Of a stretch of 64,000 nt of DNA, positions 32,353 to 43,300 are shown one piece after another. Position 1 is the first letter of the stretch, and the number at the start of each line of letters is the position of its first letter. This DNA comes from Prorocentrum cordatum (taxonomy: Eukaryota): NCBI GenBank assembly GCA_963575745.1, contig CAUYUJ010000103.1:1-64000 (forward strand), read 5' to 3'. The translations under genes and the position numbers were made by a program. The notes under the pieces are model-generated. The model was not told where the DNA came from, searched no databases, and was given only the letters and a program-made list of their open reading frames with translations.

Positions 32353-35300
32353 ATGGCTGCAGCGAAAGCTCCGGAGTGGATGGGCGACACCTTCGTGCCT
32401 GCAGTTGATGGCAATCCGTACGAGGATCGTAACTATGCTTCGCTCGAGGAGATGCCTGGGGCTGGAGCTCTCCTCCTCCTCCTCCTCCTCCTCCTCCTCC
32501 TCCTCCTCCTCTCCTCCTCCTCCTCCTCTCCTCCTCCTCCTCCTCCTCGTCCCCCCCCTCCTCCTCCTCTCCTCCTCTCCTCCTACTCTCCTCCTCCCCC
32601 CTCTCCTCCTGACCCCCTGCGCCGTTTCGGGTGGCCAGGGTGCTCTCGCAGGTTCTGTTTGGGCGCTCTCTGTGCCTAGGGGGCCTCTGTGGCAAGAATC
32701 CTACGAACGCCGCGCCCCTATCAACTTTAGGAAACAATCGAAAGACCGTCGCCTCTGAAGTTTGATAGCCCAGGGGCTCATCCTGGCTTTTTCAAAACCC
32801 TCATGGGCACCAAGAAGAGCTCAAGAGGGGGCCCACGAGCCCTCCTGGGTCCAAAGAAGACCCCAAGAAGAGCCCAAGAGGGGATCGGACAGGGTCCCAC
32901 GAGAGGCACCGAAAGGGCCCCCCTGCTGTCAAGATGGCGGCCCTCGTCCTTTACGGAAGGCCCTAGAAACATCCCTCAGGCATTCTCGTAGGCGTCCATC
33001 TCCCTCCTGTCTTCACTCTGCGTGCCCAGAGGAGCGGTGGTTCCCCTTGACCGGGCGCGTCCTGCAGAACAAGGCTCGCGCCTGCTACGTGGTGAAGGAC
33101 AGCGTTGAACCTAACGCGGGGTTGGAGAGGAGAGGAGGCGGCGCGGTCGGAGCAAGAACGGCCGGGAGGCAAATGAGGATTGAGGGCGGAGGCTCGTGAA
33201 AAGGACGGGAGAAGGAGGAGGACTTTCGTTTTCGGCCTTTCTTGGTCCTCCTGGGGGTTCCTCCTTGTCACCGCTGGATTCGCTTCGAAATTCTAGTCAG
33301 AACGCGCGCCAAGAGAGGTCCGGGGACAACGCGGACTCGGATGAGGATTGCCTAACCAGGGCCCTCGTCTTCGACGACGTCGAGGGCGACAGTGACGATG
33401 TCGAACGGCGACGAATGTCTTGGCCAGGAGCACGAGAAACTCCCATTCTTCGATCCCGACGGCGGGGAGATGTGGGAGCGCCACCCGCTCAACGACCGTG
33501 ACCAGAGTCACACCAGGGAGGAGTACGTCGCCAAGCTCGTTGACAAGGGCTGGATTATCGGCGCGAGGGGCGAAGTCACCTTCATTGAGGGCACGGATTG
33601 CTGGGATGCAAATTCACCCCCCAATGCCGACCTCGCCGTCTATCTCCCCATACTTCCTCCCCACCCTCTCCTCGCCTCCTCACTTCCTCGCCCCTATGCC
33701 ATACCTCATCCCTCCCACTCGCCCTCTTTTCCTTCCTGGGCCCTCACGCCCCGAGGAGGACCAAGAGTTTTTTTCTGGTTCGGTTCGCCCGCGTCGGGGT
33801 CCGCGGTCCGCTCCAAGTATGTTCCGCTTCGGGCCGACGATGAGCATACTGTTCAACAGACGCCAGTGCCGACCTTCCCCCATCCAGAATGATGCCCGCC
33901 CCTCATTCGTTGCTAAATGTGTCTTTTGTGTGTGGTGGGGGGGTCCGTTTCCAGGAGTACAAGACGAAGAGCGGAGTCGTCTGCAACAAGAAGCTTATTC
34001 TCGGCGGCGCCCACCTGATAGAGGCGTTCTACATCGCTCTGAAACAGCATCCGAATGCTCCGCAGTTGCACGCGAGCCTTGTCGAAGGCGTGCCTGACTG
34101 CACGCGCGTCGATGCCCGAACCCCTTCGGACGGCCTCAAGTACTTCGTCGACATCAGCAACGAGCTCAACGGTTTCGCGTCGAGGACTTCCTTCTTGCAG
34201 ATGTATCGGCGCGTTGAGGACATTGGGAAAGGCTACACCAACCACCTGAAGCGCGAGACGCAGCAGCAGCAGCAACACCAGCAGCAACGCAAATTGGCCG
34301 CCGCCGCCGCCACTTTCGAGGGGGCGCTTGCGGGCGGTGAGGGCGGCGAACCAGATGCCGCGGATCAGAAGCCAGCGGGCGCGGACAGCAGCAAACGCAA
34401 AGCCGATGACGCCGCTGACAATGCTGGCGGCGAGCAGCCTGCTTCCAAGAAACTTCGGAGTCAGGCTGGCTACGAGACCGAATACCTTAACTGGATGAAG
34501 AAGGCCTTTCCAAACACCTTCACGCACATGACTGTGTTTAAGGCGGCTCGCGCGTTCAAGGCGAAGATGGTTGAACTCAAGCAGTGGGAGCCGTTCGCGG
34601 ACTACATGGAGGCCCACGTCAAGTTCACTGAGACCTTCGATCAAGGAAACGTTATCCATTGTCAGGCGGCCGTTTTGAACGCGTTCGCAGCAGAAGCAGA
34701 AAGGCCTGACATCATGACAGAGTTCTTGGTGCCTGCATTGCGTCTTTGCGCGCCGACCAACGACGGAGTGCCCCAGGTGTGCTTCTCTGTGCGGAACACG
34801 GCTGTCAAGCTGTTCTCAGGCTTCGTTGACGTCAGGATGTCGAAGTGCGCCGAGGCAGTGGCCAAGGCTAAGGCAAGTGGAAAGACAAAGAAGGGAGCCG
34901 CCAAAGCGAAGGCCATGGGCAAGGTTGGGGACAAGGCTGTGGCCGCTATGCCGCTGCCGCCCGCTGCCAGCAAGACAACTTTCTGGGGCGACGCCCTCAA
35001 CGTGATCGCGATGGTCACCAAGGACGCAAAGAGTGTTCTCGCTGAGGTCACCTGCTGCTGCTGCTGCTGATTCAAGGCTGTCCGCCCAACCTCCCCCTTG
35101 TCCTCTTCTCTCCTCCTCCTCCCCCTCCTTCTCCCTTTAGTCCTCCTCCTCCTCCTCCACCTCCTCTCCTCCGTCTGCTCCTCCTCCTCTCCCCCTCCCT
35201 CCTCCTCCCTCCTCCTCCCATTGGGAAACGCCGAAAAAGATTATGTGACGAACCCATCGATCTTCAAGTATTCCAAACAAGTGCGGTACGAAACCTCGTT

Positions 35301-38300
35301 TTTCTAGCCGCCTTGAGCGACCCCGGGCGGTAGGCGGAGGAGGAGGCGGAGGAGAAGGAGGAGGAGAAGGAGGAGGAGGTGGAGGAGGGAGAGGTTGGAA
35401 TGCGTGGGGAGAGAAGGAGAGGAGAGGAGGAGTAGGAGTTTTTTTTATCCATCTGCGCGTCCCTCAGGTCGTGGAGGACGCGAAGTGCTACGTGATCATG
35501 CAGATCGTGCAACACGAATGCACGCTCCCGATTCGCAATGAAGGCGACGTGCAGGTCTGCTCGCGGGAAGGGGCCGTGCCAGCCCGATTTGGCGTTCCAG
35601 CGTTCCCTTGCCATGAGAAAAAACAGAAGGGCGGCGAGAAGGCCCCAGGAGGGCCTGGGCCCTCAAGGAACCACCCTTGGGCGTTCTTGAGGCTCCTTTG
35701 GAGCCCATCGCCGCAATTCCACGATTGTCCTCAGGCCGTCACGGGTCGTCATATCACCGCCTTGGGGGCCCAGGGAGGCCCGAGCCGCCATTGCGATCCC
35801 AGGCTGCTGCCAGGGAGCGTCGCGGCGGACGTTGCTTTCTGTCTTAGGTTGTCGGGCCCTAGCCTCTTCGAGCATCCTCTGGTACCTCCTGGTACATCCT
35901 CTTGGTACATCCTTCGCGGCCTTTGGAGCCTTGCAGCTTTGGGCGCTCGTGCGGGCCCGAAAAGGACCGAAGGGCGGCCCGAGAGATGGCCTGGATTCAA
36001 GGACCTTCTTGCCCCCCCAAGACGATCCTGCGGCGGCCTCAGGCCCTCGGCGTTCGTCTTCTGTGGCCCATCACCTAGGTCAAAGGCTGGACCAAGTTCA
36101 GGAAGGCCCTCGCGCGGTTCGTCATTGCCCAGCACGAATACAACGACGGCGTCAACTTGCATTTCGAGAAATTCAAGGATACGGGGTCGGCTGGCGAGCA
36201 GGGCATTGATGATGCGTCTTCTACTATTGCGGTCATGGGCCCTGTCCCTGAGGCCTTCCACGAGGGGATGGTGGTAACTTTGCGCGACTACTTGGAGAAG
36301 GATCCCGTCGATATTTCGACGTGGGACGAGGCTGGGGACTTATCCAAAGTGCTGGGGAAGGACTCTTCCATCGCCGTCGCCCGCGTCGTGTCGGCGAGCA
36401 AGGGCGCATGGGCCAGCAAGTCTCACATTTGGTCGCCAGCGATGGCAGAGGCATTGGAACCTGCAGCCGATGTCGACGCCTGCGTCAGTGAAGTGTTGAA
36501 CCAAGTCTGGCTTGCCGTAGAGGGACTGCAGCCATCGGCGGTGTGTAAGGTACTGAGCAAGTTTGTGGAATTGCCGAAAGCTGACAACTTCGAGGATCTA
36601 TCTGCCTTGGCCGACGTCCATCCAGTGTTTTGCCAGCCCCTGAAGTATTTCAAGAGTTGCGCCGACGCCGTCGTCTACTTGAACTTTCGGTCACGTTTCG
36701 TGATGTCACTGATCGACGAATCGTGCAGTGCGATGCAGGACATGATCCAGAAGAAGCAGGGCAAGCCCTCTGCGTTGGAGAACACTGTGGCGTATTTGAA
36801 GAAAGGCCTCTCTTTCGTCCGTGCAAACACAGAGAAAGTTGCGGTATCTGATTTTCGGTTGGCAGACGACTCCAGTTGGAAAAGCTTGTGGGCGAGGCTG
36901 ATGAAAAAGGCCAACGAGGAGGCTCCGAAGGAGGAGTTCGCTGCACAGAGGGAGAAGCCGTCTCAGCATTGCGGCGTGGACTTGGAATCAATGACGGCTA
37001 AAGATCTGAAGGGGTTGGCCTCCCATTTCAGCATAGCCTTCGAGAGTAGCATCAAGAAGGCGGAGCTGGTCAAGCTCATTTCTGACAAGAAGGCGACGAT
37101 TGCAGCTGCAGATGAATCGTTGCAGCAGTCTGGGCCAAACGTTGACGACTGGTGGGAGCGCCTTGCTGGTGAGTTTACTTCGGGCGTGGACGTCATCGAG
37201 AGGGCACTGGCAGAGGAAGATGAGAAGCTGACCATTGGCGAATACTATTTTCCCTCTGCGGCTCCGTCTGCGAGCGGTCTGAAGGCTCTTGGTACTGTGG
37301 CGTTCGCAATGAACGCGACCCTGAGCATGATCGACGACATCAAGGCCCACAGGGAGACCAACGTCGAGTGGATGTCTTTCAAGGCCGACGCGAACAACAA
37401 CGGACAGGTTGCAAGGCCTGTGAAGTTTCTTGGGCCATCGAAGGCCGAACTCGAAGCAGATCCGACTATCTTGGCTAAGCTCCCGTCATGCCGTCTGTTG
37501 ATGCGTGGCCGCGTCACCGCCATCCCTGCTGGAACTTCTGCGGGGCTTAGTAAGTTCTACGTCGGGAAGGCGCTCGGCGGCTACAACTTGGTCGTGACGC
37601 CGCTGAGCCCGAATCAAGACATTGGTTGGTCCATGAAGGTGGTGACGGGCGAGGACTGCTTGCCCACGATGGTCGTCGACGACGAGAGCAGCTACGATAT
37701 CGTGACAAAGGGCCCCGACGGCACGGACTGCGCTATCAAGGTCATCACGTTGATGCCGAACCCCGAGTGGATCGCCTCCCTGGCCAACCGCGTGCGCAAC
37801 GATGAGTCCGCGGACAGCGCCCGGGACGTCATGAGTAGGCGCGCCTTTCCTGAGGAGCAGGATGCGATGGACAAGGTTGCCAAGGCGCCACGGTGGAGGT
37901 GGAGGGGGGGAAGAGGAGGGGGAGGAGGAGGAGGAGGAGGAGGAGGAGGAGGATGAGAAAGAGGAGGAGGAGGAGAAAGAGGATGAGGAGGGGAGGAGGA
38001 GGGGGGGGAGGAGGGGGGGGGACAAGGAGGAGGAGGAGGAGGAGGAGGAGGGTAGGAGGAGGAACCTGGCGTCTGGGCACTCCGCCGAACGCTTGAGAGC
38101 GAGGCTCTGATGATGATGTGGAGGAGGAGGAGAAAGAAGAGGAGGAGGAGGAGGAGGAGGAGAGGACGAGGAGGAGGAGGAGGAGGAGGAGGAGGAGGAG
38201 AGGAGGAGGAGAGGAGGAGGCGAAGGAGGGGGAGGAGGAGGAGGACGGGAGGCGGGCCCCCCCTCCTGGCGGCCTCAGGCGCTGGCCGACAAGAAGGCCG

Positions 38301-38550
38301 CCAGGGAGATGAAGAAGAAGATCCTCGGTCCTGCCGACGAGACTGAGGACTCGCGGTTGGTGGGGAGAAGAGGAGGAGAGGAGGAGCAGGAGGAGGAGGA
38401 GGTGGTGAGAGGAGGAGGAGGAGGAGGAGTCCCGAGGAGGAGGAGGAGGAGGAGGAGGAGGACGAGGAGGAGGAGGACGAGGAGGGAGCAGGAGGAGGAG
38501 GAGGAGAGGAGGAGGAGGATGGAGGAGTCTGAAGATGCGGAGGTGGAGGA

Positions 38551-38581
<31 letters not shown>

Positions 38582-38719
38582 GAGGAGGAGGAGAAGGAGC
38601 AGCAACAGCAGCAGCAGCAGCAGTCCCCCTTGCCCCGAGAGGAATGGGAGCCATCCAAGATCGACAACGAGTCGAAGATGGCCCTTGCGGCAGGGCACCT
38701 TCTGGAGAAGAAGGGTTGA
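32353..38719 (+). CDS. Multi-exon protein (~1,150 aa) with a ParB/Srx-like N-terminal domain and an HeH/Rho-N-like motif. Function unknown
   Basis: Approximate exons: 32353-32448, 33032-33097, 33429-33589, 33955-35046, 35468-35554, 36079-37885, 38279-38347, ~38640-38719. Two long clean coding exons. YVAKLVDKGWIIGARGEVTFIE...LILGGAHLIEAF resembles the ParB 'G..P..V...i.dG.hR..A' pattern. DLESMTAKDLKGLASHFSI.....KKAELVKLI (~36979-37080) matches HeH/Rho-N. Confidence 0.7.
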
Positions 38720-39559
38720 GGGGTTGAGGTCGCCCGCGCATTCGGGCGCCGCTCGCAGGTGAATTGGAGGAGATGGGAGGAGGAAGAGGAATAGAACAGC
38801 ACTGGGTGACGTGGGGACTTGGCGGCGTCTTTGAAGGCCGCCTGTTCCTCCTCCTCCTCCTCCTCCTCCTCCTCCTCCTCCTCTCCTCAGCCTGTTCAGC
38901 GGTTTTCGGGCCAGCTGCAAATCCGAAGCTCCGAAGCTCCTCCTCCTCTCCTCTCCCTCCTCCTCCTTCCTCCTCCTTCTTCTCCAGCCGAATTTCCCCA
39001 ATCCTCTTTTTTATCACCGTCCTCCTCTTCCTCGTTCGCCATTCTCCTCCCCCTCCTCGCCCTGCTCCTCCTGCATCCGCTGCTCCTGCTCCTGCTGTTG
39101 CTGATGGTGTGTTGTTGTTGTGCCTGCCTCAGCTCCCTCCTTCTCTCTCATCCTCCTCCTTTCCTCCCCCCTCCTGTTTCACTTCCTCCTGTCCCTCCTC
39201 TTCCTCTCCCTCCTTCCCCTTCTCCTCCCTCCTCCTCCTCCTGAGGAGAAGGAGGGGGGGGGGGAGGAGAAGCCTCCCCGCACCTGTGAGCCCCCCAGCT
39301 GGCGCCCCCCCGCAGCTCCTCGTCGCAGGCCCGGGCGCGCGGAGGCGCGAGACTCGGGACCAGACCGCGGGCTCGGAGGGCCGAGCCACTGAGCGTGCGG
39401 TGGTCGTCGTCGTCGTGCGGCTGCGTCGGCGTCGTTCGTCCTCCTTCCTCCTCTTCCTCCTCCTCCTCCCACCTCTCCCTCCTCCTCCTCTCCTCCTCCT
39501 CTTTGTCCTCATCCTCATCCTCCCTCCCTCCCTCCCTCCCTCCCTCCCTCTCTCCCTCC

Positions 39560-39900
39560 CGAGTCGTCCAATGGTGGTGGCGGTCAGTTCGTCGTCGTTT
39601 GCCTCGGTGGCCTCGTCATCGTCGTCGTCGGCTTCGTTCGTCGGACTGCAGTTCAGGCCCGCCAGACAAGGACCCCCCCTACAACTCGCGGTCTGGAATC
39701 TAGAATGGCCGACGGGTTCGTCGTTGTCGTCGCCGTCGGAAGCTTCGTCGAGGTCATCGGCCTCGGAGTCGTCGTATCCGTCGTCGGAGGCGTGTTTCAT
39801 CGGCCTCAAGGCGGCCTCGCGTTGTGCGGTCGTCATCGTTCGGTTCGGGCTCGTGAGTGTCCAGCGGGGTGCGTCGTCCTCAGGTTTCGCCGTCGTTCGT
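39560..39900 (-). other. Possible acidic (D/E-rich) coding exon on the minus strand
   Basis: MTTAQREAALRPMKHASDDGYDDSEADD...CRGGPCLAGLNC, followed by a purine-rich intron-like tract. No recognisable domain. Confidence 0.3.
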
Positions 39901-40377
39901 CGTTAGCGAGTCGTTAGGCAGCGGCGTCGTTGTCGTCGAGGCGGCGGTTTCGTCGAGTCGGCCGTCGAGTCGTCGCCGCCGCCGTCGCTGCCGCCGCCGC
40001 CGCGGGTAGGAGGCGGGCAAGAAAAGAGGAGTGGAAAACGGAAGGAACAACCCAGATCTTACGAGGGGGAAAAGCGACGCGCCCTCTGCGGGCATGATTT
40101 CTACGCCTTCGTTTTTCTTGGGCCGCAAGATTTCGACGGAAATCTCGATGCGGCATCGCTTGCCGCAGTGCTTTTTCCCAGCGGTTTTGAATAGATACGT
40201 GATTTCTGTTGCGTGCTTTCCCGTTCGCTTCAAACGAAAGCGCCGCGGCCGCGGCGGCCGCTTAAGAAGAGATTCCTGAATAATCCAACGCTGAGCTGCC
40301 TCCTCCTTTTTTTTTTTTTTTTTTTTTTTTGGTCCTCCGTTCTATGATGGCACTTTCTTCCTAATATGGACGTCCCC

Positions 40378-43300
40378 ACCATTTGGGCTCTGTGCCCCCC
40401 AGTGGGGCGAGGGGCGGGCGCATCCATCTGGCCCCAGCCAGCTGCCCGAGATCCGGCGCTGGTGCACACGACGCCATTCCTGGATAGCGGCCCAGGAACC
40501 GCTCCCGTGCCTGACATCGGCGGCCTCGCCGCGCGAAGGCCGCAGGGCGTCGCCAGCTCAGGCTCGACGCGACGCGGCGGTTGCTGCGGAGGCACCACGG
40601 CGAGCGCATGGCGAGCAAGAGCACCGTAGGCGTTGGTGATGCAGGCGGTGGCGAGGCGACGCTCCGTGACGCCAGCAGGGGCCACCAGCGGCGTCATGGG
40701 CTTGCTCGGCCACCAAGGCTTGCAGTTCCAGGAGCAGCTTTGCAACGAGGACGACCTGCTTGAAGTGCGGCCGCAGCAAGGACGGCAGACGCCCGAGCAG
40801 CAGGACCCCATCGCGCGGCACTCGTGATCGTGGCAATCGTCCCGAGCGGGATGGCGCAGCAAACAAAGAGCCAGCAACCGCCCCACCTTCGGAAGTTGTG
40901 CGATGCATGGGGGGCGGTGCAGTCTGTGCGGCGGCTTCGCTACGACGACGGGCGCGAGCCCTTACGCATGGCCGTGGAGGAACTAGGACGAGCCGAGATA
41001 CAATAACACGTGAGTCCATGGCCCCAGAGCGCGTGTTGCGCTGGCGCCAAGAGCGCAGCGCACGAGAAACTGGTCCAGCATATCGGTGGCGTCGAACAGC
41101 AGCTGGTGGAGGTCAAGTCCAAACAGGAAGGCGTCGCCAAGGAGATCGCGATGCTCGAATGGGATGTGGCCCGTGCAGAGGCCGCCATGGCCAGGCAGCT
41201 CCCCAAGTCGACAACATTCAGTCCGTGGCCGCCGCGGTGCAGAGGGTTCCAAAATAACGCCCCCGCAGCGCAGCAGTCTGTGCATTGTGGCCAGTCGCGT
41301 GGCTTCGCCGGCGGACAGCCCAGCATCCAGAAGCTGGGCCCCATCCTGGGGGAGGCAACGGCAGGCGCTAAAGTCCTCGTCGAAGGCGACGATATTCGCC
41401 CCTCACTGCCAGCATTCGCCCCGGCAGTTCCACAGCAGTCATGGGCTCCTGCAGCAAGCGGAGACGCGGCAAACGGAGACGCAGTCGCATCAGTCACGGG
41501 CGCGGCCACCAGTGGACCCCCAGCCGCCATGGAAACATACCCCCCCCCCCCGCGGCATGGGAGCATTTCTAGTCGACGACGCGCTCCCAGGAGCGCACGC
41601 AGGCACAACTGTGGCTTGGTTACTTTCGATGGGTCATGCTGGAGCACGCTGCAGCAAGTTTTGCTCGAAGGTGTAGGGGATGCTCAGATTTTGTATTCAC
41701 GAGAGTTGAAGCTGGACGGCGAGGCGCTCGATCGAGCACAGAAGTTGGCTTTGCGACATGGGTGGCAGCCGTTCGTATCCGCATGTAAGAGGTTGCAATC
41801 CAATTTGCCGCCGTCTGGGGTCGCGGTCTTGGTGGAGGCTCACAGTTCCGTCACCATGCTCACGGGCTGCGAATGTGATGAAGAGTTTCGATATCCCCCC
41901 AGCGTGGTCGATGGCCGTGCATGAGCACGCGGGGCTCTGTGCATGAAGTCGGTCGGCTTGGCGGATTACCTGTGCGTCAACTACGGTCGGTTCACGAGGA
42001 TGGCCACCTGTTTGTGTCACTTCGCGGCGCCTTTGATTTTCGGTGGCGACTGGAACGCGAGCGCAGCGGACGTCGACGCCATTGGCGTCGTGGATGCCGT
42101 GCGATCTACTCATTCCCCAACGTTGTGATGGGACGCGCAGGAGTGCCAAGGGCCGCTGCAGCGTGCTCGACTAGTGGATGGCGTCGGCGGACTTGGCGCA
42201 GGCTTGCGAGAGGCCTCGAGCGCAGGAGAACTGGGCGACTAGACCCCGTGGCCCCGTTCGTCTCGATTCCTCGGCGCAGTCGCGACGCCGCGAACTGCTC
42301 GCGCGGGTGGCGCCGACTGCTTTTCCGCGAATCTCCCCTGCCGTGGCAGGTGCCGCCCGCTCCGGGGCCCACCTGCAGATCGAGGGTATCTCGACAGAGT
42401 GCCGGACTCGGCGCGGCCCGCCCGAATGCAGCGTGGAGGCGCAAGCAAGGATCGACATCTTGCGCGGGGGCATGTCGTTGCATTCCGCGGGGCAGGGCCT
42501 CTACCGCATGTGATCGGGTCGAAGATCCTGGGCGCTTCTGCGGGCGCGGCCAGGGCCCGCGCGACGCATGGCGGCCGATCGGGGGCCCCGCCCGAGGCGG
42601 CCGTCCTGCTGCAGGAGCAGAGCCAGGGTGCTTGATAACTGCGGCCGCGGCGTCCAAAAATGTTCTCACTTCCGATCCTCAGCGCCTCCAGCCTCGGACG
42701 CGATGGGAGAGACTGGGGCGTGCACTTCGGCCGGGCCATCTGCGGGGCGTTTGCGCTGATGATGGCGAGATCCTCATCGGCCGGGCGCGGGTCGCATTTC
42801 GCCAGGCCTTGCGTGGCGAGGCGATCGCGGGCGCCATCGTGAAGGCGCGCGCGGGCGCCTTCGATCAGCGCGCTGCCTGCCTCGGGGGCATCGCCGCCAG
42901 GCAGCGCGCCCAGGCTTTCCAGGGGGAGGGGGGGGGGGGGGGGGCGGGGGCGCCCCGGTCATGGGGGCCCTTGCCACTTTTTGCCATGGCGAAGCCAAAG
43001 GGTTGGGCGCGCCGGAGGTCGACAGGTTCGGCGTCCCGTCTTCGCTCCTACAGGCGGCGCTGCCAGATGAACTACTGGGGCGACATCTGCGATGGCGCGT
43101 CTACAAGCTCGAAGGCCACGCAGGAGGAGGTCTTCGGCGAGATTGGCCAGGATGCCGCGGGCCAGGATCCCGTCGCAGGGCGCGCCTCGAACCCCGCGGC
43201 GGGCGCGCCGCCGCGGCCGCTGCTGGGGCGTTCGGCGGCTCGAGAGGGCGCGGCTCAGCATTGTCGAGACGCGGGCCGATTCTTTGCCGTCTTTCACCTG

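Noticed and set aside
37692..39906. Long poly-P/L/S ORFs on both strands
   Set aside because: These are GAG/CCT intron and intergenic tracts. Only short + strand exons at ~38279 and ~38640 look real.
18137..40330. Terminal inverted repeats and 8-bp TSD for the hAT-like element
   Set aside because: I compared candidate left ends (18137, 19200, 19700-19900) with sequence after 26819, 38719 and 40260 by eye and found no convincing match. This needs computation.
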